Below, piece by piece: positions 25,812 to 39,353 of a stretch of 64,000 bases of DNA. The notes beneath the pieces were generated by a model. That model was not told where the DNA came from. It worked only from the letters and a program-made list of their open reading frames with translations, and ran no database searches. The stretch comes from Amoeboaphelidium protococcarum X5 (lineage: Eukaryota; Fungi; Aphelidiomycota). Within the stretch, counting starts at the first letter, position 1. Each line of letters starts with the position of its first letter. The DNA is taken from positions 281,680 to 345,679 of the forward strand of contig JALDTO010000246.1 in assembly GCA_023515725.1 (NCBI GenBank), given 5' to 3'. The position numbers and the translations under genes are program-made.

Positions 25812-26540
25812 TCTTGTTTCACCGTCACAAAACGCAGCTGACTCAGTGCGTCGTCGTCGTTGTCGCCTGAATGATCATCGTCAACATCGCGCGCTCTAGG
25901 CCTTTCTTTCTCGTTCTCCCGTCATCAACATCAACACCGACATCCAGGAACGACGACAAACAAATGCACCTCATTCACACACAAACACACACACACTGCT
26001 CGCGCGCGCATGAATCATCATCATACACAAACCCGGTGATATTAGATAATTTTGAATGGGCCATTAATAGGCTTACCTTCTAGCCTTTTAAAGGCAGTGT
26101 TGAAACTTGAATTTAAGGGAGACTCTGTGGCTTTACTCGCCTTTGTACATGGCTCTTGTAAAGGAATTATATCTATGGACGATCCAGTCAGCGTTTCGTA
26201 CGGAATGTCCATATGTTAGTCTATTGGCAGTTCCACTGACAATAACATTTCACATGCATCATTTTAAATTCCATTACTAAAGCTGTTATCTAGACTTATC
26301 GTGGGCAGCATGTGCTTACTATTTGATGCTCTTCTTTCCTCTAATTACTCTTCCTCACTCACGTACGGAACGTGTTTTAAGCTTGAACGTGACATGTACT
26401 AATCTTCTTATTCTCTATCAATCATATCTAGCATTAAATATGTCTTTCAACATCAGCAAAAATATAAATTAAACGTGATGTAAACAAATGTGTACTCACG
26501 GGAAATATAGGCGAAGGTGACAAGATGTTTGAGACATGAA

Positions 26541-26561
26541 TGTGTGTGTGTGTGTGTGTGT
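26541..26561. repeat. (TG)10 microsatellite
   Basis: Directly visible dinucleotide run. Confidence 0.9.
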
Positions 26562-27129
26562 TGGTGGGTGTGATTGCATGAGAACTTCCCGATGATTGAA
26601 ACTCTGATTACATAACCAGCCACTGTTACTGTCTCGTTTAAACTCCCTTGTTAAATTTTCCACATAACTTTGGGATAGGAATGATGATTAGACTTGAATG
26701 AAGTCGCATTAGATTAGGACGTGTGGAATGTAGATTGCTATGTCTGAAATATTTTTCTATGTTGTGTTCAGGCGAGTAGGCACAGCTGTACGATTGGTTT
26801 GACAAATGATTTCCGATCATTTCTGTTCACTCATAAGTATTACATTGTAGAGATTGACACAATTAAATTTAAAAGGGTATAAACTTTTTAAGTTTCGGAA
26901 CATCTAATGTGACATTAACTACTGTTTATACTTTTAATTAGACTACATTAAGCGGCCATATGCGCCACGGTTTTGTTATTTCTTTTACTCTTGAATAGTC
27001 AGTATAGAACTCTTGTTACAACGAAACAGTACCCAATTAAGACTTTAAGTTGAATGAGATACAAATATAACTAAAAAACTAGCGCGTTTGGTAATGAAAG
27101 AGTCAAAAGCAAACTACTGTGTAATCAAA

Positions 27130-28530
27130 TCAATCACTTTTATGTTTTACCGTTTTAATCATATCATACAAGTTTCCAATATTAAAATTTATGAGCATAT
27201 AGATGGTAATGACAAGTACAAAGGTGACATCAGAGGCATCGATCGTCTAAATCGACTTGTTGATAATCCCAGTCATCACGTTTGCAACCAGAAACATCAA
27301 CAGAGTATGTTTTGATAGGCCGGTGACAAGTGGACTTTGCGTGATAGACTTTCCAATGAACATCGTGGACAGCATTGTCAAAGACACAACACAACAGTTC
27401 ACGAGACCAGTTGCGTAAATGTACATTCCATTACAGGATCGCCTACTAAATAGGAATCGTGACTGATTTCTATATGCCAGCATATATGTTGCTATCATCG
27501 TTGCACACAGAGTAGTGAGCCAACTCATTACATTCCAAAAGATGCGCATTTAGCGCGAACGTAGAATGTCACATCTTGAGGCGTTGTCCTTTTCTTGAAC
27601 TAATTATTCTTCGATATCCTACAAGTATTAATGTCTACTATTTAAGTATATACCTAAAGCGCATCCAAATTCAAATATGGCAAAGTATCCTGGCAAACTG
27701 ATGATCCCCTCTTTATTGGCAGCGATCAAAGACACAGAACGATCAACATTAGCAAACGCGTACGATTCTAATCCTTTCGATAATCCATACTAATGCGCAC
27801 CAGTGATAATAACACCAAGAATGAGCCTAATTAAAACGTAGGTATTCCCAATCGAAGCACTGATTATAAATGACCAAAGCTACACAGCTGAAAGTGTGAA
27901 AAAGAAATTCCAATGCCGTCCATACTCAGTTTCATGCTCATGATAACCAGAACCTTTTACCATCAGCAGACGCAATATGCCCATACCAGCTGTAATCAAG
28001 ATTTTCCCGAGCACTGACTACCAGGACCTTTATTAAATAGGCTTCACCGCAGTTAATCCCATACTAAACACAAATGAACCGACTCCAATATCCATCAACG
28101 ATATTCCATACTACTCAACCTTACAATGCACCCGTTTAAAATACTAAAAATCAACAGCCAGAATAGAAAATACAGTCATAACCATCATCAACACTTTGAA
28201 TACAGATACAGAAGTTCTAATATTAAAATCAATATTTCGAGAGTCATGCTAAGTATTAGAATAGCGAAACGTCGGAATAAGCTTCAGCACCACAGCAACT
28301 GAAATAAACGTAACACATACCAATATGCCATACCACAAATGTCTACCGACTGATAATATCATAATCAAAGTATAGAAAAGAGATTGCAAAGAGGAAGATC
28401 TTATGCCCATTGTTTCAACTAAAACATACGATGACAATGGCATGATGGACAGGAGTAAAACTAATTCCAAAGAGCTACCAGCATTATTACTCACAAAATC
28501 AACCATTCGATCGTTATAACTTTAAATCAT
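27130..28530 (-). CDS. GWT1: GPI inositol acyltransferase PIG-W/GWT1 (466 aa)
   Basis: [72 protein letters not shown]. Confidence 0.92.
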
Positions 28531-28877
28531 ATTTAAATACTTTATTATTATTATTAGACTAGTCTACCAACAGGGAATACTGGGAATAGTTCTTTTGCGC
28601 TCTCAACAAGGAGCGCCACTCGTCAAGTAGAAATAATTGACAGGAAACAACACCAGAACAAAGCGAACGAAGAAACGAACGAGTGAACGAGAGAAACTAC
28701 AACGCGCATTCTTTAACAACTACAGTGAGTGAGGGAGTGAGTGAGGGAGGGAGAGAAATTTGAAAGAAGTCCATAAACGTAGAACGCGAAAGGCGCGTCG
28801 TTCTATTTCAACTCACTGGAAAGAATCTCAAAACTGTTCGCATGCAATTTACCGCAAATTTGAATTAGAGCCTAATA

Positions 28878-29843
28878 ATGACAGTTATAGAAATGTCAAA
28901 AGTTAATTAGTCCAAATTATCTAAGCGCAAGGGAGCGTAAAAGTCTGCAGTCCAAGCATAAAAGTAGCTATAGTCTCCTCCAGCGTAGTCTTCTCATGAA
29001 AGCAATGAAAGTATTGTGAATTACATCTATGAGGAAGGCTATGTCAAGCAATAGTGGACCAACTTTACTCTTGTCCTGAATGGCCTTAGTATTCCGATGC
29101 ATAAATTACTGGCATCCCGCTCCCCATTCATAAGGAAGTACTTATCGGCGAATGAGAGTAGGGACGGTGATAGTAGATCTCTGCTCGTTCTGGATTACTA
29201 CTCTCCGCCTCCTACTGATGCGCATGCAGTATCCTCAGAGTCACCTCTTAGCGATCGCGATACGTTGAGCATGGTAAAAGATATTATAGTACATTGGCTT
29301 TACAAAGCTCTACTTCCGTCTGAGATGACTCTACGCGTTGCATTGGAGGTGCAGAGTGTCGCTAGCTACTTGGAGCTTTAAGAAATGGCAGATTGTTCAT
29401 TATAGTACATTCGCGTGGATACTCTGGATGACTTTAAGGTGCTGTCAGACTTTATGCTCAACTCTGAACACTTGCATTCCATCGCCGATGTTCTGAATGC
29501 GAAATGCTCAGAGTATCTACTTTCTACTTACCCACAATCTATCGGGTGTCTGTAAAAGGATATCGTGAAAGACTAGTGGAGACTCAAGTTATCTGATGCT
29601 GTTTAATGGATTCAGGTGCTTGCTTCATTACCACATAGTTATCTGGCTCAGTTGATGGAGCAGGCTGAATGGATCATTAATGAATATGACAAGTTCTTCT
29701 TGTTCTAAAAAGTGCTTTAGGCCAGAAGCTCTGATTAACTGATGGATAACAGTAGAGGTGAGATTATGGTTCTCGAATTTCAAGATGGTAGTGGCAAGTT
29801 GAAGTTGAGATAATAATAAACTTCTAGTGGCGAAGTTAATTGA
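28878..29843 (+). CDS. BTB/POZ domain protein (321 aa)
   Basis: YIYEEGYVKQQWTNFTLVLNGLSIPMHKLLASRSPFIRKYL...IVHWLY...VQSVASYLELQEMADCS is BTB-like; continuous frame ending in TGA. Confidence 0.7.
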
Positions 29844-29953
29844 CGTGCTTTAAGATTGAATGTCGTCCACCAGCTTGATAATTATAATAAACTGAATCTT
29901 TATTACTACTACTACTTTCACTTTTACTCCAGTTGATGTATTATCATTACCGC

Positions 29954-32203
29954 TCACTTCTTATCCGCCTTTAGCTTGAGCATCATATCCAGAACTTGCT
30001 GGATAGGCACCACATCAGACTTGCCTTTAACCTCGGCATCTCTCGGTCTGATGTTCAACGTCTTACTCTCCTACTCCTCTTTACCGACTACAATGATGAA
30101 ATTCACCTGACTTATCTCTGCATTACGAATCTTCTTTGGTAGTGTGTTATCAGTGTCATCCACTTCAACATACAAGCCATGGGAATGGAACAACGTCTTG
30201 ACTTCATTCGCATATGGAAGATTATCTAAACTAACAGGGACAATCGTGCACTGGCGAGGACTAATCCAGAATGGCCACTTGCCTGCATAACTCTCCGTCA
30301 GAATGGCGATCAGCCTCTCCACAGAACCGTAGATGGCGCGATGGATGATCACTGGGCGACACTGTGCCTTACCTTCACCCGGATTACTTGACACATACGA
30401 CAAATTAAACTTCTCTGGCAGTTAAAAGTCCAACTGCATGGTGGCGCATTAGTGGCGACGGTTCAAAGCATCTTTGATGGTGATATCAATCTTTGGTCCA
30501 TAGAATGCACCATCACCTTCATTGATCTCCCACGGGAATCCAGACTTGTTCAGCGACTCTTCCAACATCTTCTCCGCCTGCTGCCACTTTTCAATAGTAC
30601 CCAAATACTTCTCCGGCCTAGTGGATAACTTCAGCGTGAACTGAAAGCCAAATATGCCATAGACGTGCTTCAAAAAGTCAATACAATTGGACATCTCCTA
30701 CTCAATCTACTCTGGCATACAGAAGATGTGCGCGTCATCCTGTTAGAATCTTCTGACACGCGTCAAACCTGTCAGAGCACCGCTAAACTCATTTCGATGT
30801 AGAACACCAAAATCAGCCAGACGCAGAGGCAACTCTCTGTATGAGCGATCTCTATGGGCGAACATTATACAGTGTGACGGACAATTCATTGGCTTCAGCG
30901 CATAAGTCTCCTTCTCCACTTCGAAGGAGAACATATTCTCCCTATAATTCTACCAATGACCAGAAGTCTCCCACAGCTTCACATTGAAAATGTTGGGCGT
31001 CACCACTTCTTTGAATCCCCGCTCATGATACTCTTTGCGAATAAACTCCACCAAAGTATTGTAAATTCTAGCACCATGCGGCAAGAAGAAACAACTTCCT
31101 GGTGATAGCTCGTTAAAGAAAAACAGCTCCTAATCTTTACCAATCTTCCGATGATCTCTCTTGGCAGCCTCTTCAAGGAACTTCTTATGTTCAGTCAACT
31201 GCTTTGAACTAGGGAACGATATACCATAGATGCGCTACAGGGACTCATTCTTGGCATCACCAAGGAAGTATGATGCAGAGGCCTTGCTGACACTGAAAGC
31301 CTTAACACGCGAAGTATCCGGTACATGGGGACCACGACACAGATCAATCAATGGACCGCATCGGTACACAGTCGTGCTAGTTCCATCAGGAATCTTATCC
31401 TTGATGATGTGCACCTTGAACGGATTATGCTTGAACATCTCGAGCAAATCCTCCTTGCTAAGCACAAGTCTCTCAAACGGCTACTTCTCTTTAGTGATAT
31501 TCTTCGCCAGCGTCTCCAGAGCAGAGTAGTCGGATGGATGTACCATCTTCTTCTAGCCATCCTCACCAGTAGGCATACCCATCTCATAGTAGAAACCATC
31601 TTCAATAGGCGGTCCGATACAAAGGTGGCATCCATAGTGACGTTCGCACGCCTCGCCCAGAATGTGAGCACTAGAATGCCAGAAGACAGCCCTGGCCTCA
31701 TCACCAGAGTCGAAGTCCAGTAGCTCCAATTTAACATCCTCTTCCAGCGGTCTCTCCAAATCCCACAGTCCGCTATAAGAAGCACCGCTGACTTTGGCAA
31801 TAATAACGCGCTAAGCCAGACCACTTGATATCTCCCTAGCCACATCCATCGGACTGGTCTCCCAAGATCGGCCAGTCTTAACAGAGCCATCAGGTAGAGT
31901 AATCTTGATCTCGTTCCTAGGCTTTTAACTAAGATCTTGATCATATTTCGACTTCAACTTTTCAAATATCTGGACGCGATGATCAATATAAGCTGGAGGA
32001 GGGCTTAATTCAAGAGGATCGTTACCGCCAGTACTATTCGCTTGTGCTTTGTTCTTTTACTTCTTTGCCTTCTTCTACTATTGTTATTGCTATTGCTGTG
32101 CTTACTTCTCATTGCCGGCTTCATCAAGACTCGTGTTGGACTGAGAGGATTCGCCATCTAAACTCAGCTGACTCAATTTTTACTCATTATCTTACGTTGA
32201 CAT
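29954..32203 (-). CDS. THS1: Cytosolic threonyl-tRNA synthetase (749 aa)
   Basis: [42 protein letters not shown][TAA][17 protein letters not shown][TAA]CATMQLDF[TAA][13 protein letters not shown]. Confidence 0.97.
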
Positions 32204-32602
32204 ATTAACTAATGTTTCTTAATATACTGCGATCACAATAATTTAACTCTACAGACAGGATGATGATAAATGCTTCGGTTCTCGCCTGAAAGGTGAAAGA
32301 CAGAGAGAAAAGTTGAAGACGATCGCGCGATTGAACGAAGCCATTTGCGACGCGTTAAAATTGCGTATGGCTGTTGTGATATGCAACTCACTCTAATATA
32401 CTTGATGGATCTCTAATTGGTAATTCTTAAAAGTTTGCTCTCTTTATTTTGCACTTTTCACACAAGAAACTTTTTTTAATCAGTAAAAGTCAAAATTTCG
32501 TTCGTTAAAAGTAAACCTTGACGGTGCTTCTCGATATCTATTTTGACTGTTTGAAGTCGTTCTCTGTGGGATCTAACTAACATCTCCAAGTTGATCGACA
32601 CA

Positions 32603-33694
32603 ATGTCCAGTAAAACCATCACCTTTTACTAGTCGCCGGGGCTTAATAGATTGAATCTGTTGCTTCAGCGACTTCAAGCGGAAAACATACAAATTGAGAT
32701 GTAATGTTCATCAATATTCCGTTATTCATCAAATTTTATTTAAGCGTGTAGTATTGACAGTTTGAATCAGTTTCTATCTGGAGTTTTGGTTGTAATTGAC
32801 GATGTCAGAGTGTTTCAAGACTCGGAGGTAATATAACATTAATTACGAGTGAAATGAGTTAATATGTATATGTAGATGCAAGCTTTGACTAGGATTCTTT
32901 TGCTGCAAGGTTGCAAAGTTATCCTTCTTACTCACTAGTAGTTCAGAGGGAATCGCGTCGGTTACTTGTGTTAATGGTTGTAGTCATAACTCGGGATCAA
33001 AGTCAATAATGGTATTTTGTGTACTTAGTTTAAACTTAACAGAATTTTGATGCACGTTAATGTGTAGATTTAGTAATCGCAATAACTGATGAGAATGGCG
33101 ATGAAGTGGCGAATATAGAGATGCCGTCTCATGTTCGTTGCAAGTTTGATGAATCGGCTAATGGCACTGGGTCTGAGTTCACATACATTGAAGGATGTAC
33201 ATTCTCCGGCTTGAAAGCGGATAGCGATATTCAAGTTATCTTGCGAACTTCTGACAAGGCCTATCCACCAAGATCGCCCATTGCCATTCGTAAGAATGTT
33301 CCAGATGGCGCGTCCGTTATAATCGTTGGATCTACAGACACTTTTGGGGATGAACACGTTGAAATGTCTAATGGCTTCTAATTGTTTATACATTTAATCA
33401 CTTTACTGAATTAGACTGCCAATAATGCAAAATTAAGTGTTAAACATTTGGGAATCCGTGCCGGTAATCGACTTAAAGGTGGACCTTAGACTAATATCAG
33501 AAAGAGCTCTGAATAAATTCGATTGCCATTTCCGGTAAGTTTTTATTGGTCAGTATTGAAGATTATTTCTTTATGCCATCACATCTAGTAAAGTGTAGAA
33601 ATTCGGCAAGATACCTCAGGATTTGGCAAGTCTGATCGACAATGATCTAAATCGCTTCGATTTGGACTATAATGCTTTATTGAAAGAGCTTTGA
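32603..33694 (+). CDS. IFT52: Divergent, C-terminally truncated IFT52-like protein (290 aa); introns 32701-32751, 32828-32875, 33012-33067, 33535-33598
   Basis: Spliced product contains LGIKVNNDLVI, FTYIEGCTF, ILRTSDKAYPPRSPIA, IIVGSTDTFGDEHVE, IPQDLASLIDNDLNRFD, matching the order of IFT52 GIFT/middle-region motifs; four GT..TGTAG introns keep frame. Confidence 0.7.
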
Positions 33695-33732
33695 CTTTGA
33701 TTTAACATGCACTTAGTTCTATTAAAATTTCA

Positions 33733-36540
33733 TCATCTTTTATTCACACCCTTCTTTCCGAATAGTCTCTATACAAAACTCTTGGTCCGTTTAGGCGCAT
33801 ATTAAGAGTTACCTGGTGATTAAGGTGGTTGTCGATCTGCTTTGGGACACCCCTCTACCATTAGATGCTTGTAGAACGCATCTTCTCTATTACTTACTAA
33901 TCCGATGACTTGACCACATAGATAGCATTTAACATCACCAAACTTAGCAATCTTGCACTTTTTCACCCTCTGATGAACTTTCATTCGCGGCGTATCCATG
34001 TACAACATGCACTTAGGACACTACTCCAGATGGCCTTCAGAGCAATCAAGCTTATAATGTTGATCCAAAGATTATATCTCAACAATCATATTACAATACC
34101 GACACGAAGTCAGCATTGTGCATTCCTTCTGATAATGATAGTCCAAGTACTTTTCGTTGAATCGCTCACTTGTCTACTCGCAGAATATGCAAGTATGATG
34201 CTTTTTGACATCAGATTTTAAGGATTCGGGCTTCTAATTTGAATTTACACTTGGATTGAATTGAACCTTGGCGCTTTGTTCAATGGGAGGAACATCAACT
34301 TATTCGTTGTTTACCACTTGCTGACTTTCTTGAGCACGAATTTTAGGTGCAGCAGGACTTTCAGACGGAGTAAAGTACTCACTCTTTTAAGGTGATAGCG
34401 GAATCTCAACAGCCAGAGGAGGTTGCTAGTGCTCAGATACGTGATAATTTTTATCAACGGAGCCGTCAGCAAATTAGATTTATGATTTCCTTAAAGATTT
34501 ACTCTTAGACATTGCGGCATCCTGCGGATTCAACTTAGTGTCTTGTAAAGTATTTTAAATTGTATGCATTATCCTTGCCTCCGTCAGCTCATCTTTGATC
34601 TACCTTTGCAGCGAAGGATCTATATCTTTTAAAGAATCCAAAATTCGAGCCTCCGCTTCTGAATATGATAAATTTTGTCTTTAAGTCAGGAACTTAAACA
34701 ATTATAGACAAATTTGCTGGCAAGTTGACACCACAGAGGAATCACGACTTGAAATCTAATTCTTGACTATTTCCAAAATTAATAAATCTTTCAACAACAA
34801 ATTGGAACCTTCCATTGTAGCCATCTCTAGAAAGTATTAAATTCCGCAAAGATACTATGAAGAGTACTTGGCATCATTAGGACCCTTGTTGGTTAACTTT
34901 TAATGCAATAGCTCCATCTAGTCAACTCTAGTAGCAGTTAACCGCATCAGTCTATGCACCATATCCTCATACTAATCGACTTGAATGTACCTGACCACCG
35001 GCAACACGACACCGGAATATTAAACTCCAACACTTGGTGAATCAATCTAAACTATTCTCTCCACAATCTGCATGCATGCCATCACAACTTCAGGATCCCT
35101 CCCAATATTTAAGAGATGAACCACGACTATAAGTATGGAATTAAGAATGAGCAGTGCATTAGACGCGTTTGTTATAAGCCATTTCTCTAGCTATTCTGAG
35201 ATGATATTTAGGCAATATATTACATGCTCTTTACTAGATGACAATATGGATTATGTGAAAACTTCTCCAAATATTTTCACAAGTTCATGATAATTGGCGG
35301 ACATTTTAGGTAGCTAATTAAAGGTAAGAGGGCTCAATTCAAAAGGAACTACAATCATAGGCTTAATGGTATTTGAGCCAGCCTGATGATCAAGTTGACG
35401 CGACTGGGCACTTATCTCATTTTCTACAGATCCAACAGCTTGTTTCGCAGTCTTTTTAATAATAGTGGGCTTCTTTTACAATTTCTTGGCTTTAACTGCA
35501 ACTTTTATTTCAGAAACTGCCTACTGATTGACTTGAACATTATCAGACGCGATAATATTGTCATTATTAACTGGCGGGGACGGCGTAACATGCGGTAAAG
35601 TCTCTGTGACTTCTCTCTGACCTGATGTACCAGCATTTTGTTATAACTACTAAGTCTCTACAGAAACTTCATTTTTGTTGACTCTCTCAATACGCTAATT
35701 TACAAGTTGATAAGGCTGAGAATTGATCCATTTGGTGAACATGACGCGCATCTACTCTAAATCTATCCTGTATCTATCCGCTTTATCGAAATCCTCCTCA
35801 GCAACAGCCCGTCTTTTCAGATCAGTCAAAGTCTTGACACTCACCAAATATTCATCCAACTTGTCTGATATATGCTTGCAAAACTTGGCTTCTGCATAAT
35901 TTTCTTCTTTCAGTAAAGCTTGCTTATGTTCTAGCAATGCTTATCGCCAGCTTTACCATTCTTGAGCTCTTTACTGACCATCAGTAGAATCCTTATCTAC
36001 TCCAACGTTCTACGTGCCGCTTTACTCGCAGACCAATTCCATATCCATAAACGCGACTTGTTCAGCATTATTCAATTTCCTACCATTCTCATACGGTCGA
36101 TGAAGCACCAGCTGTATGACTTGACCAACTGCATTAATATCAATAGATTTGAGCTCTCTCAAAGCATAACTATTTCGCTCGTTATCATTAAAGGTGACAT
36201 GCCCGAGATGCTGAAGATTCTGCATACTGTCACCGATTCGTAGCTCCACCTTAGACGGGATCATATAATGGTGACACAATAAAATAATCTGCTTAACATT
36301 CACTTAACTCACAAGATAAATACCAACAGTCTGCGGATACGTGCAGTTCTTAGCAGACATCCACATGGATCCACGCAATGGTATATCGGCTGCAATATTC
36401 TATTTATTATCATCTGAAACGGCCGCCTGTTTCGCCGCTGTCAAAGTTTCAAGATCAGCGGCGGAACTTGTCTCGATTCTCTGGATATACTAAGATTTAC
36501 TCATAGCCTATTATTTTAGCACTGCCTTGTTCATCCGCAT
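33733..36540 (-). CDS. CEP104: Ciliary tip/centriolar protein CEP104 (alternative starts 36534, 36504)
   Basis: YPQTVGI..KQIILLCHHYMIPSKVE, LGHVTFNDNERNSYALRELKSI, AVAEEDFDKA, central helical TOG-like region, C-terminal C2HC zinc fingers (CPKC..H..C, CYLC..KHL..C). Confidence 0.88.
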
Positions 36541-36857
36541 GTACAAAAAAGAATTTACAAAAGCGAGGAAATACTCCAAAGGCTACCATAACTACCGATG
36601 CAGAGACTGTTGAATATACCAAAATTAGAATTGTGCAAGGCGGTGCGTTGTCAGGCTATTGGCACACTAAAAACGGCTTTGGCTTTTTCTGTTTCGGGCC
36701 TCAAACGGTCCAACTTTTGATCTTCTCTCAATTTAAACTTGCGGTCGTTCTTACACAGATAGAAGCGGAGACTCAAATTGGTTATCTCTTCTATAATCAT
36801 ATTTTACTTCATCTTAAAGTTTATTATCAAGTTAATAGTAAGATTAAAGAATAGAGG

Positions 36858-38633
36858 ATGTTTGCAAAGTTGGCCCCAAAGAAAAAAGTATCTGAACCAA
36901 CACCTGTTTAGTCTGTTAGTGCTTAGCCTGGACCTAGTGTTTAGTAATAGACGCAATAGGCACCGGCGCAATAACAACAGCAGTTGTAGTAACAGAGCTA
37001 GTTGTCTTCATCGTCTAGTCCAAAGAATTTGAATGGTATTCTGTTGGTCAGAGTCGTGGAGGCACAGGGTCTGAGTGTTGATGCTGGAAACACTTAGATG
37101 CCTTATATGGTGATTGATTTTGATAAGAATGAATTTTTGGCTGAATCTACTGGTAAGTATTCTTAATTATACAGACTCTGATTAAATAATTATACTAAAT
37201 CTATGTTATCTTTATTACTCTATGTAGGAGGAAGTGTGACTAGTCCAAAGTGGTCTTAGAGAGCTAATTTCGATGTGTCCCGTGAGGCTGAGGTAATGAT
37301 ATCTGTCTATTAGAGAACGAATGCTTAGATGCCAAAGATGCCTACACCTTCCCTTTCTAATCAGCCGCGCAAGTAGACGAGCAGAGCGCCTATTCAGCCT
37401 GCTTAATAGACTCTGCTTCTGGGAACATGCAGAATGAGGCCAAAGTTTACTGATTAGAAGCCGGAGGAGCAGGTGTGCCAGCTCATTTCTGCCAACGGAG
37501 GTATTGCCGGTGAGATTTAGGTGTAATTGTTATTCAGAGTAGTGGCTAGTAAGAAATCCTTATCCATTGATGATTTCGATCTGATGAAGGTGATCGGCAA
37601 GGGATCATTCGGTAAAGTTATGCAGGTGCGCAAGAAGGATACTGGGCGTATTTATGCAATGAAGATTATAAGGAAGGCCAGTATTGTGGAGAGATCAGAA
37701 GTTGAGCACACACTGGCAGAGAGAAATGTTCTGGCCAAGATTCAGTCTCCTTTTATTGTGAATCTCAAGTTTTCATTCCAGAGTCCCGATAAATTGTATC
37801 TGGTGCTGGCCTTTGTCAATGGTGGAGAGCTATTTCATCATCTACAATCTGAGGGGTGTTTTCATGAGGAGCGCGCAAAGTTCTATGCCGCCGAGCTACT
37901 TTTAGCTCTTGAGACATTGCACATGTACAATATTATCTACAGAGATTTGAAGCCGGAGAACATTTTATTGGACTATACTGGACATATTGCCCTGTGTGAT
38001 TTTGGATTGTGTAAGTTGAACATGACCAAAGATGAAAAGACAAATACGTTTTGTGGTACTCCAGAGTATCTCGCTCCAGAGCTTCTAATTGGCAACGGAT
38101 ACACCAAGGTTGTAGATTGGTGGACGTTGGGCGTGTTGTTGTATGAGATGATTGTCGGTCTACCTCCATTCTATAGTGAGAATACGAATGAAATGTATCG
38201 CAAAATTTTGAATGATCCGCTGCGATTCCCGCGTGATGATGGCAGTGAAGGCCCAGTCGTATCTCCGCTTGGTAAGGATTTGTTGAGCAAGTTGTTGAAT
38301 AGAGACGCAAACGCTCGCCTAGGATTTGATGGACCTGGTCAGATTAAGAGTCATCCATTCTTCAGTAATGTTGACTGGCACAAGCTGGAGCGCAAGATGT
38401 TGAATCCTCCGTTTAGACCGTAAGTATCCTCGGCAATGGACACGTCCAATTTTAGTGAGGAATTTACCAGCGAGGCGCCTTCTGACTCTTTTGTTGAGAA
38501 TCCTTCTGCTCTATCTAGTTCTGTGCAAGATTAGTTTCAAGGATTCACCTACATTGGCAATGAGAATAATGCCATGTACGGCACTTCAATCAGAACGGGA
38601 TAGACGTTTGTCAATCGCGGTCCAATGGGTTGA
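36858..38633 (+). CDS. YPK1: AGC kinase Ypk1/Gad8 (SGK-like) with N-terminal C2-like region; intron 37153-37227
   Basis: LSIDDFDLMKVIGKGSFGKVMQVRKKDT, YRDLKPEN, TNTFCGTPEYLAPE, hydrophobic motif QFQGFTY. Confidence 0.93.
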
Positions 38634-38874
38634 TCGGTGCGTGTGCGTTAACTTTAAAGAGTCGATCGATGGTCTTTAAAAGTGATCGAAATATGATAGA
38701 ATGAGATTTTGGTGATGAATCTATTTAATCGAGTGCTTTAATTTTTTGCGTGCTTATAGTTGAATTTTAAAATTCGCGGCTCTCTAGTTTAACTAGTGCT
38801 TGGTGGAATAATAACAACAAGAAATCTCCTTCGTTTTCATTGAGGAGATTCTTGCACTGTCACGAAGCATCATA

Positions 38875-39304
38875 ATGAGCGAAAGTTAGTCAAAGTAGAG
38901 GATCAAGACATAAGTGGCAACAGAACCTGCTGATTAGAGTCGCGTCCAACTCCCCTAATCTAGAGTTTCTGGGTAACATTATTATTATAAATGTTATTAT
39001 AATAAATTATGAGAGCACTACTTATGTGACATGATGTAGATCGGTGTTTGCAAAGTTGATTCTGTTCACAGCTCTGATGTTGATTGCACCTCTTGGCACA
39101 TACTTTTACACGACTAAATACATGTTTGGAGGTATTTATCTGCCTAGTTAACATATAGTAATGTGTCATGTTTAAATTGTAGGCAATACAACTTATGGTG
39201 CTATCGCTGCTGTTGCAGTAACGAACATTGTAATGATTGGATATGTGATCTTGGCTTATTCAGAAGATAGCTCTGGTAATGTTGCCTCTTAGAAGAAGGA
39301 TTGA
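38875..39304 (+). CDS. VMA21: V-ATPase assembly factor VMA21; introns 38973-39039, 39132-39182
   Basis: Spliced VFAKLILFTALMLIAPLGTYF...GNTTYGAIAAVAVTNIVMIGYVILAYSED...QKKD*; not in the supplied ORF track. Confidence 0.88.
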
Positions 39305-39353
39305 TCTTATTTTGTATGATTGTCAACATCTAAATTACAATTCTTTTATTATA

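Noticed and set aside
26084-27100. Longest intergenic stretch, examined for a transposon, tRNA or CRISPR-like array
   Set aside because: Only a (TG)n microsatellite and short imperfect palindromes were seen; no terminal repeats, transposase fragments or cloverleaf recognised
33535-33588. Alternative acceptor CTAG at 33588 for IFT52 intron 4
   Set aside because: It gives a short unrelated tail; the TGTAG at 33598 yields IPQDLASLIDNDLNRFD, which matches IFT52
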